Positions 8,713 through 19,505 of a stretch of 64,000 nucleotides of DNA are shown in pieces; position 1 is the first letter of the stretch; each line of letters starts with the position of its first letter. Below the pieces are notes generated by a model. That model was not told the origin of the DNA. It made no database searches and was given only the letters and a program-made list of their open reading frames with translations. Made by a program: the position numbers and the translations under genes. The stretch comes from a virus: positions 32,001 through 96,000 of IMG/VR virus record IMGVR_UViG_3300017917_002116; one strand, 5' to 3'.

Positions 8713-11502
8713 ATGGCTGATAAAGTAACTATAGAGGGCAATTACCCCACCGGTGAAGTGTTCAAATTTACTCTGGACGGTGCATCTACCTATGATCAGA
8801 TGCAACGTTTGATCGATTTGACCGGCAGCATGGCCAGCAAAATCAGCAAGCGTGATCCAGAAGAACTCAAACGTATAGATGAACTCAAAGCCGGCACAGT
8901 TCAGTATCAGAAAAATAGATCGGCATTAAATGCGACGTCCAGTGGCTTATTTGACCTAGATAGTGCACTGACAGACGTAAAGGGTTCCAGCAGTCTTGTA
9001 CGTGGTGATTTTAAAGGACTGTCTGGCGCTCTAAGAGGATTAAACACTCCACTATCACTAGTAGGCACCGCCGCCTCCAGCTTGGTAGGCGCGCTCATGG
9101 GCTATGCAGAAAGCCTGAGACCTGCGCTACAGCGTGGTATTGGTGGTGCAGTCATGGACTTTGCAATCTATGCCAAATCTGCTGGCATGAGCATGGATTC
9201 ATTCACCAAGGCCTTGGCTTCCACAGAAGGCGCATTTGGCATGCTGGGTGCGACACAGAACGAAGCCGCCAAGAATTTTTCTGGATTGATTAACTCGGTT
9301 AGAACAGCCACTGCTGCCACTGGCAACCTAGGCATGAACAACGAAGAACTGGCCAAGTTCACAGCAGAGCAGTTGAAGATTGCAGTACAACAAGGCGCTA
9401 GAGGCAAGGTAGCACAGGATCGTGTGATCAATACCAGCAAAGAACTAGGAGAACAATTCCAGGAACTGGCACAACGAACTGGCAAGAGTATAACTGAGCT
9501 TGCACAGTATGCCAGCAAGCTGGTCATGGACCCAACTATCAACAACTACATTGCTACACTATCATCTGGTGGCAGTGAAGTCAGCAAGGCCATGCAGAAA
9601 TTTGGTAGCACCATGGGTGCCCTGTTTGGTAAACAAGGCGAAGAACTAGCCAACGTGGCTGCTAGAACAGCGGTATCTGGATTCCCAATGTTTACTGAAG
9701 AAATGGGTAAACAGCTATATGCAGCCATGCCAGCTGTGGCACGTGAAATTGAAACAATGTCCAGAAAGGCTGCACAAGGATATGAACCCACACCAGAAGA
9801 CCAAGCCAGATTAAAGAGGATATTAGAAGAGGAATACGAGAAAAGACAAAGATATATTAGACTAATGGGCATGTCCTCTAATGCAGAAGACAGAGCCGCT
9901 GCGGCACGCATCGAACAGATGTACCAGCAGAGTAGAATGTATGATGAGGCTCAGACTAAGAAGCGCAAAGAAGAAGCAGATGCGGCACAAAAATATAATG
10001 CTCAGGTCAATGAGCTAACAGCAAAAATGCATCAGCTCATGGTTCCATTACTACAGGTTTTAAATGCTGTAGATTGGAACTTTATGTTTGACATGCTCAA
10101 CGGTTTTGCCAAAACAGTTGAAACTGTAATGAAAACAGTATTTGAGCCTATAGCTCATGTTCTAGGCGATACGGGCGGCGGAAAGGTACTTGGTGCATTA
10201 TTAGGATTGGCAACAATAGCAGGTACCCTTGGTGTAGCATTTGTTACTGTGCGTAACGCTGCCATGGCTCTGGCCTCTGTCTTTAGATTCATGACAGGTC
10301 GTGGTGCAGCCGGTGCTGGAGGCAAAGGCGTACTAGATGACATATTGGGAGGTGGCGGCAAAGCGCCAGGCGGTGCACCAGGTGGCCCAGCTGGTCCTGG
10401 AAAAGGCCCCGGTGGAGCCCCAGGTAGTCTTGGCGACCTAGCTAGACGTGAACAAGAACTAGCAGCAGCCCGTGCAGCAGAACAGGAAAAATTAAAAGCA
10501 AGAAGTGCAGAACTCTATAAAAAATACAGGGACGAAGGACTAACTGCCACAGAAGCGAAACGTAGGGCGGATGCACATGCAGCATACCAACCTGACCGTA
10601 CTCTTGGCGAAAGACTTGAAGCAGCAAAGAATTCAGAAACAGCAGGTAGGGTAAAGAATTTCGTCAAAGATTGGGGTCCTACTATTGGTCTAATGATGGC
10701 TGGCTATGCAGGATCTAAATTAGAGCAAGCCGGTGAAGAAAGATTAAAAGAAGATCCCAATAGCGTATTAGGTCAAATGGAGAAATACGGCGGTAAGGTT
10801 TTAGATTTTGCCGGCACGTGGGGTAGTACAATAATGTTTACTACCCAAATAATGAAAGACTATTTCCCAGATGCATTGGAGAAAGTAAAAGGTTTTGGAT
10901 CAGGTGTCTGGGACATAGCTAAAAAGACACTACCAGGAACGGTTGAAAAACTTGAAACATTTGGTAAGAGCCTAGGCACCTGGTCTACAGGTTTAATGAA
11001 TTCGCCATTGTTAAGTGCACTTGGTAGTGCAGCGACCACCTATGCGATATCTGCTATTGGCGGTATGGCCATAGACGCAGCCTTAAACAAACTGTTTGGT
11101 GTTGGCAATGTTCAGATTACTGAGAAAGACAAAAAACAAGATGAAGCCAATTGGCAAAGAATGACTGGCCTGGAAAAAGCTGAATCTGGCTTTCTTAGAA
11201 CTATTGAAACAGTTGGTAAGTTTTTTGGTTTAAGTAACATGGTCAAAGAAGCAGAAGCCGCCAGAATTAAAAATGAGACAGAATATTTTGCCAAGAAAGA
11301 TCTGGAAACAACTGGTGCCACCGCTGCCCAGGCACAGACCAAAGCAGAAAAAGAGCAGCTGGATCAGTTAAAAATATTGAATCAGCACATGGAAGACATG
11401 AAGGATTCGTCCAAAGCAACCAGTTATATGAGCAGTCGTCAGGTGATGACTGCGGAAGAACACAGCAGGTTCTTGCGTCAACTAACCATGAAACCTAATT
11501 AA
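8713..11502 (+). CDS. Tail tape-measure-like protein (gp29 analogue)
   Basis: 929 aa, Ala/Gly-rich and helical with hydrophobic segments; adjacent to gp26/gp51-like genes. Confidence 0.7.
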   Translation: MADKVTIEGNYPTGEVFKFTLDGASTYDQMQRLIDLTGSMASKISKRDPEELKRIDELKAGTVQYQKNRSALNATSSGLFDLDSALTDVKGSSSLVRGDFKGLSGALRGLNTPLSLVGTAASSLVGALMGYAESLRPALQRGIGGAVMDFAIYAKSAGMSMDSFTKALASTEGAFGMLGATQNEAAKNFSGLINSVRTATAATGNLGMNNEELAKFTAEQLKIAVQQGARGKVAQDRVINTSKELGEQFQELAQRTGKSITELAQYASKLVMDPTINNYIATLSSGGSEVSKAMQKFGSTMGALFGKQGEELANVAARTAVSGFPMFTEEMGKQLYAAMPAVAREIETMSRKAAQGYEPTPEDQARLKRILEEEYEKRQRYIRLMGMSSNAEDRAAAARIEQMYQQSRMYDEAQTKKRKEEADAAQKYNAQVNELTAKMHQLMVPLLQVLNAVDWNFMFDMLNGFAKTVETVMKTVFEPIAHVLGDTGGGKVLGALLGLATIAGTLGVAFVTVRNAAMALASVFRFMTGRGAAGAGGKGVLDDILGGGGKAPGGAPGGPAGPGKGPGGAPGSLGDLARREQELAAARAAEQEKLKARSAELYKKYRDEGLTATEAKRRADAHAAYQPDRTLGERLEAAKNSETAGRVKNFVKDWGPTIGLMMAGYAGSKLEQAGEERLKEDPNSVLGQMEKYGGKVLDFAGTWGSTIMFTTQIMKDYFPDALEKVKGFGSGVWDIAKKTLPGTVEKLETFGKSLGTWSTGLMNSPLLSALGSAATTYAISAIGGMAIDAALNKLFGVGNVQITEKDKKQDEANWQRMTGLEKAESGFLRTIETVGKFFGLSNMVKEAEAARIKNETEYFAKKDLETTGATAAQAQTKAEKEQLDQLKILNQHMEDMKDSSKATSYMSSRQVMTAEEHSRFLRQLTMKPN

Positions 11503-11506
11503 CAGC

Positions 11507-11514
11507 TATAAATA
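11507..11514 (+). promoter_or_regulatory. Late promoter TATAAATA (portal/head operon)
   Basis: Exact T4 late consensus. Confidence 0.8.
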
Positions 11515-11530
11515 TATAACAGGATAAAAT

Positions 11531-13249
11531 ATGAGTTGGCGTAAACACTTTCAGATACCACAAACAGCAAATGATCTAGCTAGTAAGGGCAAGCATTCCA
11601 GCATGGCCAGCAGTGCCAACAAATTTAGCAGCTGGCTCAAAGATGTATACAGTGGTGCGCCAAACAGAATAGATCGTTATGTTCAGTATGAAATGATGGA
11701 TGCTGACAACGAAGTTCATGCTGCCTTAGACACCATTGCAGAATTCTGCACTCAATTTGATTACGAAAGCAATCTACCATTTACAGTTGAACATTTCCAA
11801 GAACCCACAGACGCCGAAGTCACAGTGCTTAATCGCAGTCTACGTCAGTGGTGCATGATCAATGACTGGAACAAGCGTGTATGGCGCACAATTAGAAATG
11901 CATTAAAATACGGCGATCAGTTCTTTATACGTGATCCAGAAACATATGAGATGTACTATATTAATGCGTCTGACGTAAGCAAATTAATTATCAATGAAGC
12001 CAAAGGCAAAGAAATAGAACAATACATTGTTAAAAATATAAGCCTAGACGTTGTTAATAAGGTAGCCACTAACCCACTGATAACTGACAACAATTTTGGT
12101 CCTACGCAATTTAACAAGACAGCATTTACACAATTTGCCACACCAACTGCAAATCAGAACATGAGCAGCAACCAGACAGAAACTGCGGTTGCAGCCAGTC
12201 ACGTCGTACATCTAAGCCTAAGTGAGGGCATGGATCAAAACTATCCTTTTGGTACTAGTATACTTGAAAGCGTATTCAAGGTATATCAGCAAAAGAGTCT
12301 ACTAGAAGACAGTATCATTATCTATCGCGTACAACGTGCTCCTGAACGTCGTGTATTCTACATTGACGTGGGTAATATGCCTGCCAACATGGCCATGGCA
12401 TTCGTTGAGCGTGTTAAAAACGAAATACATCAGAAGCGTATTCCTAGTCGAACAGGCGGCGGCGCCAGCATTATGGATGCCAGTTATAACCCACTAAGCA
12501 TGTTGGAAGATTACTTCTTTGCACAAACAGCAGAAGGTCGTGGTAGTAAAGTTGAAGTGTTACCAGGTGGTGATAACTTGGGTCAAATTGATGACTTAAA
12601 GTATTTTACCAACAAGCTAATGCGAGCATTACGTATCCCTAGCAGTTATATGCCTACAGGTCCTGATGATGGCACAGCAGTATATAACGATGGTAGAGTT
12701 GGTACAGCGTTTATTCAGGAATATCGCTTTAACAAATACTGCCAGAGATTACAAAACCTATTGATCAATCCTCTGGATAAAGAATTTAAAATGTTCTTAA
12801 AGAACAAGGGCATTGAACTAGACACAAGCACATTTAGATTAAACTTCCTACCACCACAGAGCTTTAGTGAGTATCGTGAAATTGAAATTAATAATGCTCG
12901 TGCAGCAGTGTTTAGTCAATTGGCAGAAGTACAATACCTGAGCAGACGCTTTACATTGAAGAAATATCTGGGCCTAACTGACGAGGAAATCGTTGAAAAC
13001 GAAGAAATGTGGCAGGAAGAAAATCCAGACACAGGCGGTGGTGCTGCCGGTGGTGAAGCTGATACTTCTGGTCTAGGAAGCAGCGATCTGAATTCAGTGG
13101 GTATTGAACGCCCAACAGATCAAGACTTCGGACAGCTTGAACCCGGAGCAACGCCCGAACAGGGTGCTGAAGGCGCGGCCCCGGTAAATACTGGAGCAGC
13201 TAGTCCATTAGGATCAGCCCCAGCGCCAGGCGGAGGAGCACCAGCATAA
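11531..13249 (+). CDS. gp20: Portal protein
   Basis: LEDSIIIYRVQRAPERRVFYIDVGNMP, MLEDYFF, GRGSKVEVLPGGDNLGQIDDLKYF. Confidence 0.96.
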   Translation: MSWRKHFQIPQTANDLASKGKHSSMASSANKFSSWLKDVYSGAPNRIDRYVQYEMMDADNEVHAALDTIAEFCTQFDYESNLPFTVEHFQEPTDAEVTVLNRSLRQWCMINDWNKRVWRTIRNALKYGDQFFIRDPETYEMYYINASDVSKLIINEAKGKEIEQYIVKNISLDVVNKVATNPLITDNNFGPTQFNKTAFTQFATPTANQNMSSNQTETAVAASHVVHLSLSEGMDQNYPFGTSILESVFKVYQQKSLLEDSIIIYRVQRAPERRVFYIDVGNMPANMAMAFVERVKNEIHQKRIPSRTGGGASIMDASYNPLSMLEDYFFAQTAEGRGSKVEVLPGGDNLGQIDDLKYFTNKLMRALRIPSSYMPTGPDDGTAVYNDGRVGTAFIQEYRFNKYCQRLQNLLINPLDKEFKMFLKNKGIELDTSTFRLNFLPPQSFSEYREIEINNARAAVFSQLAEVQYLSRRFTLKKYLGLTDEEIVENEEMWQEENPDTGGGAAGGEADTSGLGSSDLNSVGIERPTDQDFGQLEPGATPEQGAEGAAPVNTGAASPLGSAPAPGGGAPA

Positions 13250-13455
13250 TGCGATTAATGGAAGTTAAACCCAGCTTTGTAGATCAACAATCTGACCAAT
13301 TTCACAAGCAGGAAAAGATGGATACTCGCCGTCCACGACTAACCTTAGAGCATTTGGGCAAGCTAAGAAAGATGCGAGAAATACGCAACATGGAGATAGA
13401 GGAACGCAAGAAATTGTACAGTAAAATCTATCAACGTCCCGTAGCGCAGATGTAA
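13249..13455 (+). CDS. Small head-module protein
   Basis: DTRRPRLTLEHLGKLRKMRE; lies between portal and core genes. Confidence 0.6.
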   Translation: MRLMEVKPSFVDQQSDQFHKQEKMDTRRPRLTLEHLGKLRKMREIRNMEIEERKKLYSKIYQRPVAQM

Positions 13456-13575
13456 GCTATACTTACACGACATTTCTGATAGAAAACTGCGTTTTTAACT
13501 CTATTTGACAATTATATTGTAAGAAATATGTAAATATTCTTACAGACAATACTTTTGGCCAAAAAGGAGAACAGA

Positions 13576-14421
13576 ATGTCTAAACATACACTTGAACAAG
13601 TGCTAGAAGCCCTTCTAAACAAGGAAGAAGATCGTGCCAGCGAACTGTTACATCAATTCTTTGTTAACAAGGGTAAAAGCATATATGAAGAACTAAGCAG
13701 CCTAGACCAACAATTGGAAGAGGCCGAGCTAGAAGAAGACGAGGACCTTGAAGAAGGTTTCGGCGACACACCTAAGCATGATTTCGAAGATGAAATTATC
13801 GCTGACGAAAACGAATTAGATGACGAGAGTCTATTCGCTGAAGCAGACGACGAACCAGAAGATCCAATGGCTGCTGATGAGCCTACAGAACCAGAAGCAA
13901 CTGCTGACCTAGCAATGGGTGACGAAGAAGGTGCTGAGGGTGCTGAAGGTGCTGAAGGCGAAGCTGAAGAAGCTCTAGACAAAGTAGAAGACGCATTAGC
14001 AGAACTAAAGGCTGCTTTTGCTGAAATCATGGGCGAGCCTGCTGCTGATGCAGGTGAAGAAGGTCCTGCTATGGACATGGGTGACGAAGAAGAAACAGAA
14101 GAAGCATTTGATCCGCTAGGCGAGAGTGCTAGCCTGGTTGCTGTTCCTGCTGCCCAAATGGGTGACGATGGCGACAAGAGTGCTAAGAGTCCAGTAAGCT
14201 CTGGTCCACGTGTTAGCGATAACGGCGCCAAGCCTGTTAGAACTAACTCTGGTACAGTAAGTGCTGGTACAGAAGGTGGTTTAGCAAAGCCTAGCGCAAA
14301 TGCTATCAACAGCGGTAACGTAAACGTTCCTGGTAACAAAAAGGCTCCTGCTCTTAAAGGTGTAGCAACACCAAAGAACAGTGATACAGCCAGCAACAAA
14401 ACTAGCCCAGTAGCGAAGTAA
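13576..14421 (+). CDS. Acidic prohead core protein (gp67/gp68-like position)
   Basis: Very Glu/Asp-rich, with many (L/I)xE sites. ATG 13576 follows AGGAG; late TAAATA at 13531-13536. Confidence 0.65.
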   Translation: MSKHTLEQVLEALLNKEEDRASELLHQFFVNKGKSIYEELSSLDQQLEEAELEEDEDLEEGFGDTPKHDFEDEIIADENELDDESLFAEADDEPEDPMAADEPTEPEATADLAMGDEEGAEGAEGAEGEAEEALDKVEDALAELKAAFAEIMGEPAADAGEEGPAMDMGDEEETEEAFDPLGESASLVAVPAAQMGDDGDKSAKSPVSSGPRVSDNGAKPVRTNSGTVSAGTEGGLAKPSANAINSGNVNVPGNKKAPALKGVATPKNSDTASNKTSPVAK

Positions 14422-14425
14422 TAAC

Positions 14426-15061
14426 ATGGCATACGTACCACTAGTAGAAAGTCTAACATATGATCAAGCGGGTATGCGTACCCACTTGATTGAGAACGCC
14501 ACTGGCGGCAAAGACCTCTACATGGAAGGTATTTTCATTCAGGGCGGGGTACGCAATCAAAATCAACGTGTGTACCCTGTTAATGAGATTGCCAGGGCTT
14601 GTAATGCTATTTCTCAAAAAATTAAAGAAGGTTTCAGTGTGCTAGGCGAAGCCGATCATCCTGACGACCTGCAAGTTAACCTGGACCGTGTATCTCATAT
14701 GATTACAAATATCTATATGAATGAGAATAACGGAATTGGTAAGTTAAAAATATTACCTACACCTATGGGTAACATCGTTAAAACTCTATTAGAGAGTGGT
14801 GTTAAACTGGGTGTATCTAGTAGAGGTTCTGGTAACGTCAATGAATCTGGTGGCGTTACAGATTTCGAAATTGTCACGGTAGATATCGTGGCGCAACCAA
14901 GTGCTCCGGATGCATATCCTAAGGCCATATATGAACGTGTGCAGGGCGCAAGACGTCGTGGCGTTCTAATGGACTTAGCCGAGGCGGTCAGATATGATCC
15001 AAAAGCACAAAAACACCTCAAGGAAGAGGTTCTCAGGTTCATCGATAACCTAAAGAAATAA
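14426..15061 (+). CDS. gp21: Prohead protease
   Basis: MEGIFIQG..RNQNQRVYP, GEADHP, VSHMI, GVSSRGSG, DIVAQPSAPDAY. Confidence 0.95.
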   Translation: MAYVPLVESLTYDQAGMRTHLIENATGGKDLYMEGIFIQGGVRNQNQRVYPVNEIARACNAISQKIKEGFSVLGEADHPDDLQVNLDRVSHMITNIYMNENNGIGKLKILPTPMGNIVKTLLESGVKLGVSSRGSGNVNESGGVTDFEIVTVDIVAQPSAPDAYPKAIYERVQGARRRGVLMDLAEAVRYDPKAQKHLKEEVLRFIDNLKK

Positions 15062-15068
15062 GGGGAAA

Positions 15069-16175
15069 ATGATGAGCAATATAAAAGAACTATTCGGCTC
15101 TGGGGTTTTATCTGAGGAAGTTCAAAGCCAATTACAAGAGGCTTGGGAATCCAAGGTCCAACAACTACACGAAGAAGTAGAAGCAAATCTGCGTGAAGAA
15201 TTCAGCCAGCGTTATGAGCATGACAAAGGCCTAATTATTGAAGCCGCAGACAAGATGATTACAGAAGCAATTCGTAAAGAAATCGAAGAGTTTGCCCAAG
15301 ACAAGCGTGATGTTGTAGAAGCCAAAGTTGCGTATAAAAAGCAAATGAAAGAGCATGCTCAATTGCTCAATAAGTTTGTTATGGAACGTATGGCTGCTGA
15401 GATCAAGGAACTCAGAGAAGACCGTTCTACACAGAAACAGAATTTCGCTAAATTAGAGGAATTCGCTCTGCGTAAACTATCCAGCGAGTTGAAAGAACTT
15501 AAAGAAGATGAGCAGAAACTTGTACAGGCTCGTGTACAAATGGTTTCCGAAGGCAAGAAATTGCTAGCAGAAGCCAAGAAGAAGTTCGTCAAAGAAGCCG
15601 CTGCTAAGGCAGAAAAACTATTGAGTGAAACTCTACGTACTGAAATTACTCAGTTGCGTGAAGACATTCAGACAAGCAGAGAAAATGCATTCGGTCGCAA
15701 GATCATGGAAGCATTTGCTGCTGAGTTTATGGCTAGTGGTTTTGCTGATGGCACACAAGTCAAGAAGCTGGGTGATCAAATGGCTAAACTAAAGAAACAG
15801 CTAGATGAAACAGCATCTCTTGTAGAGTCTAAGAATCAAGAATTGGCTCAAGCTCAATCTAAGATTCGCATTGCTGAAGATGCTGTTAAGCGTCAGGCAA
15901 TCATGCATGAATTGGTAGCTCCACTTGGAAAAGAGAAGCGCGACATTATGGAAGATCTGTTGAAGACAACTAAGACAGAGAATCTACGCGAAGCTTACAG
16001 CAAGTATCTACCTGCGGTACTTAACGAGAAAACAGTGACTACAAAGAGCAAGGCTGTTATCTCTGAAAGCGCAGTATCTCAGAAGACTGAGGTAACTGGT
16101 AATAAAACTTCTAGTGAGGACTCTGCCCCTGCAGATATTATATCACTTAGAAAATTAGCCGGAATAGGAAAGTAA
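15069..16175 (+). CDS. gp22: Prohead scaffolding protein
   Basis: Long coiled coil between protease and capsid genes; FGRKIMEAFAAE. Confidence 0.85.
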   Translation: MMSNIKELFGSGVLSEEVQSQLQEAWESKVQQLHEEVEANLREEFSQRYEHDKGLIIEAADKMITEAIRKEIEEFAQDKRDVVEAKVAYKKQMKEHAQLLNKFVMERMAAEIKELREDRSTQKQNFAKLEEFALRKLSSELKELKEDEQKLVQARVQMVSEGKKLLAEAKKKFVKEAAAKAEKLLSETLRTEITQLREDIQTSRENAFGRKIMEAFAAEFMASGFADGTQVKKLGDQMAKLKKQLDETASLVESKNQELAQAQSKIRIAEDAVKRQAIMHELVAPLGKEKRDIMEDLLKTTKTENLREAYSKYLPAVLNEKTVTTKSKAVISESAVSQKTEVTGNKTSSEDSAPADIISLRKLAGIGK

Positions 16176-16191
16176 TTAAAAGGAGCCTATT

Positions 16192-17364
16192 ATGTCCGAA
16201 AAACTTTTCGAGTCCCAGAACTGGTCTGCAACAAAAGACGTTCTTCTAGAAGGACTCAATGGCAACCGTAAGGCTGTCATGGAAGCTGTGTTAGAAAACA
16301 CACGCAAAAACATTATGGAAAATGCGTCTGCTGGCGCCACACAAAGCGGTAACTTTGCTGTTCTAAACAAAGTTATTCTTCCAGTAATTCGACGTGTTAT
16401 GCCAACAGTTATCGCTAACGAAATCATCGGCGTTCAGCCAATGACAGGTCCTGTTGGTCAGATTCACACTCTACGTGTACGTTACGCTGAAACTGCTGCT
16501 GGTGTTACAGCCGGTACAGAAGCTCTAAGCCCATTCGATATCGCTAAGGCTTACAGCGGCAATGGTAACCAGAGTGATCCAGCTGGTGAAACAACAGCTA
16601 CAATGGAAGGTGCTATTGGTCGTAAACTAAGCATCCAGATTCTAAAGCAAACAGTTGAAGCTAAGACACGTAAGATGTCTGCTCGCTGGACTTTTGAAGC
16701 TGCTCAAGATGCTCAAGCTATGCACGGTCTTGATGTTGAAGCAGAAATCATGGCTGCTCTAGCACAAGAAATCACAGCTGAAATCGACCAAGAGATCCTA
16801 GGCAAGTTGATGACTCTAGCTGGTACAGCTACTCACACATTCGACCAGAACGGTAGCTTCACAGGTACACCTACATATGTTGGTGACCAGCACGCTGTTC
16901 TAGCAATCCAGATCAATGATGTTGCTAACAAGATCGCTCAGCGTACACGCCGTGGCGCTGGTAACTTCGTAGTTGTAAGCCCAACAGCTTTAACAGTACT
17001 ACAAAGTGCTACAACATCTGCATTCGCACGTACAACAGAAGGTACATTCGAAGCACCTACAAACACCAAGTTCGTTGGTACTCTAAACAGCAGCGTAAAA
17101 GTTTACGTAAACAGCTATGCTGACAGTACAGCTCCTGTACTAGTTGGTTACAAGGGTCCTAACGAGATGGATGCAGCAGCGTTCTACTGCCCATACATCC
17201 CTCTAATGAGCTCTGGTGTTGTTCTTGATCCTAACACAATGGAACCAGTTGTGTCCTTCATGACACGTTATGGTTACGTTGAGTTGACAAATACTGCTAG
17301 CTCTCTAGGTAACGCAGCTGACTACCTAGGCAAGATCGCTATCGGTACAATCAAGTACGCTTAA
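16192..17364 (+). CDS. gp23: Major capsid protein
   Basis: IRRVMPTVIANEIIGVQPMTGPVGQI, AQDAQAMHGLDVEAE, TRRGAGN, FYCPYIPL, FMTRYG. Confidence 0.97.
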   Translation: MSEKLFESQNWSATKDVLLEGLNGNRKAVMEAVLENTRKNIMENASAGATQSGNFAVLNKVILPVIRRVMPTVIANEIIGVQPMTGPVGQIHTLRVRYAETAAGVTAGTEALSPFDIAKAYSGNGNQSDPAGETTATMEGAIGRKLSIQILKQTVEAKTRKMSARWTFEAAQDAQAMHGLDVEAEIMAALAQEITAEIDQEILGKLMTLAGTATHTFDQNGSFTGTPTYVGDQHAVLAIQINDVANKIAQRTRRGAGNFVVVSPTALTVLQSATTSAFARTTEGTFEAPTNTKFVGTLNSSVKVYVNSYADSTAPVLVGYKGPNEMDAAAFYCPYIPLMSSGVVLDPNTMEPVVSFMTRYGYVELTNTASSLGNAADYLGKIAIGTIKYA

Positions 17365-17394
17365 TTTTTTTATACTTCGGTATACGAAAGTGCA

Positions 17395-17418
17395 AAAAGG
17401 GACCGCAAGGTCCCTTTT
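17395..17418 (+). terminator. Rho-independent terminator after the major capsid gene
   Basis: AAAAGGGACC-GCAA-GGTCCCTTTT. Confidence 0.85.
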
Positions 17419-17437
17419 GTCATCTATAAATATTTTT

Positions 17438-17668
17438 ATGCTTAAAACAGTTAGTCAAGAAGTCAAAATACAAAGATTAAAAATCTGTCAGCAGTGTGAG
17501 TTTTTTACATCAAAGTATAATAGTTGTAATGTCTGTGGATGTTATATGCCAGCTAAAGCATTATTTGCAGCATTCAAATGCCCCAAAGACAAATGGTCAA
17601 CAGCAGAGCCAGGTCAAGATTTAATAAATAAGATAGAGGAAATGATTCTTGCCAGCTGGAAAAAATAA
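17438..17668 (+). CDS. Small Cys-rich (zinc-binding) protein
   Basis: CxxC...CxxCGC...CP.xKW. ATG 17438 lies 5 nt after TATAAATA (17425-17432). Confidence 0.7.
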   Translation: MLKTVSQEVKIQRLKICQQCEFFTSKYNSCNVCGCYMPAKALFAAFKCPKDKWSTAEPGQDLINKIEEMILASWKK

Positions 17669-18069
17669 TGTCTGATTTTTATACCAAATTACACGGAACA
17701 ACCACAGATAGATTCAAAATCGGACTGAAAAACGAACGATTAACTCTAACTGGAACCAGTGTAGGTGCCACCAATGTAACACTTAAAGACAGGGACGGCA
17801 ATAATCATACAGCAAATTCCACAGTCTTTTTTACAGCCTACATTGTAGGTCGCGGTACATCAAATACAGCGGCATATGAAATTAAAGGTTGTTACCTAGA
17901 GGGGACAACCACAGTAAGTGGTTATGTTATTAACACCTATGTCGATTCTTCTGGATTTACAGAACCTAGCTTTAGTTTTAATAGTTCAGGAGAATTAACA
18001 GTGGAATGTGCCGGCGTCGTTGGTGATACCATTGACTGGACAGCAAGTATAGATTTTGTATCGGTATAA
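17668..18069 (+). CDS. Beta-rich virion structural protein
   Basis: Thr/Ser/Gly-rich, ends TIDWTASIDFV; lies in the late fibre cluster. Confidence 0.55.
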   Translation: MSDFYTKLHGTTTDRFKIGLKNERLTLTGTSVGATNVTLKDRDGNNHTANSTVFFTAYIVGRGTSNTAAYEIKGCYLEGTTTVSGYVINTYVDSSGFTEPSFSFNSSGELTVECAGVVGDTIDWTASIDFVSV

Positions 18070-18070
18070 T

Positions 18071-19207
18071 ATGGCAATTAAGATTAATCATCAAACAGAA
18101 AAAATTACTCCTGAAAGCAGTATATTAGAAATTGCCGGCGCAATAAAATTATCTGCTGGTACCACTTTGCAAAGACCGCCCGGCCATGAAGGTATTATCA
18201 GATACAACAGTGATTTGTTAAGCACAGAATTTCACGATGGTACAACGTGGCAAACTGTAACAAACAAAACCTATGTTGACAGTCAAATTAGTTCTGGTAA
18301 TTCCAGTGTTAATACAAGAATAGACAATTTATCATTAAATGATCTAACTGACGTTACTGTAACTAGCCCGTCAAATGGTGAGGTACTTGTCTACGATACA
18401 ACATTTGGACAGTTTAGAAGTCAAGTAAATGTAATTACCCCCATAACAAAATATTTTACTGGTGATGGTACCACATTAGAGTTTGACATGCAACTAAGTG
18501 TTAGCAGCCCAAACATGCTGGTGGTTACTATTAACGGTATAGCGCAAGAGCCATTTTACAGTTATACAGTTGTCAATGGTACCAAGGTGGCATTTGATGA
18601 GCCACCAGAAACTGGTGATAGGATTCAGGTAAGAATTTTACGTGGCAACACAACCAGTGATAGACCAAGACCAAAAATCATAAACATAAGCTACAGTACA
18701 ATAGGCAGTTATACAACTGTTTCAATTGTGGCCACAGATGTGTCTTATGGCACAGGCGTAAAGATAGGCGATAAAAATGTCACCAGGATAGACTATCCTA
18801 CAGACAGTATATTACAGGTCATGGTAGAAACTAGTCAAATTACAGGTTCTACATGGAACACACCACAAGATCTAACGCTAATAGATCTAAATGGCAATGA
18901 ATATGTTTATAAGAATTTGATTAACTACGGCGCAGCCAAGCCGCAATTTACAGATAGCACTCAGTATATTGGGCGTTTTAGGGGTGGAGACAGTATCAAT
19001 TTTGCACTTGCGGTAAATAATACTACGAGTATTACAATAGGCCCTGCATATGACGGGGAAAATATGCCTGGTTGGTTATCAATTTCAGGTACTGATATCG
19101 TAGGAACTGCTCCTAGTAATAGCAGCCCTAGTCGATATGAATTTAAAGTTACGGCCAGTAATGGTGTTGTTGATATAACAAAGAATTATTGGTTGTTGGT
19201 TGTTTAA
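18071..19207 (+). CDS. Virion fibre/decoration protein with Ig-like C-terminus
   Basis: GTTLQRP..GIIRYN, LNDLTDV, FTGDGTT..V.INGIAQEP domain, C-terminal MPGWLSI..GT.P..F.VTA (He_PIG-like). Confidence 0.65.
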   Translation: MAIKINHQTEKITPESSILEIAGAIKLSAGTTLQRPPGHEGIIRYNSDLLSTEFHDGTTWQTVTNKTYVDSQISSGNSSVNTRIDNLSLNDLTDVTVTSPSNGEVLVYDTTFGQFRSQVNVITPITKYFTGDGTTLEFDMQLSVSSPNMLVVTINGIAQEPFYSYTVVNGTKVAFDEPPETGDRIQVRILRGNTTSDRPRPKIINISYSTIGSYTTVSIVATDVSYGTGVKIGDKNVTRIDYPTDSILQVMVETSQITGSTWNTPQDLTLIDLNGNEYVYKNLINYGAAKPQFTDSTQYIGRFRGGDSINFALAVNNTTSITIGPAYDGENMPGWLSISGTDIVGTAPSNSSPSRYEFKVTASNGVVDITKNYWLLVV

Positions 19208-19260
19208 TACTATTCTCATGATGGCTGGCACCATACTTAAAAATGCCAAGGGAGACAGGG

Positions 19261-19470
19261 ATGCCGATGATCAAACTAAAATCTAGCTCTGTTATCGACA
19301 GCGTGGATCTTAGAGGGATTCCAACGGTTCCTGATGCCTTTCCCGAAATTGCTACGACCCAAATGGTCCAACAAGAAATAAGCAATCTTGTCAATTCCGC
19401 TCCGGTGTTATTAAACACACTGGGTGAATTGGCAAAGTCTTTGGGAGAAGACAATACCAAAACCCAATAG
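19261..19470 (+). CDS. Short paralogue of the N-terminus of the downstream giant fibre
   Basis: MPMIKLKSSS..LRGIPT..SAPVLLNTLGELAKSLG aligns with MPLIKARSSS..LRGQPT..SSPALLDTLNELAAALG. Confidence 0.6.
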   Translation: MPMIKLKSSSVIDSVDLRGIPTVPDAFPEIATTQMVQQEISNLVNSAPVLLNTLGELAKSLGEDNTKTQ

Positions 19471-19505
19471 GATTTCAGTAGAAATCCCCTAATGAGGATA
19501 AAAAA

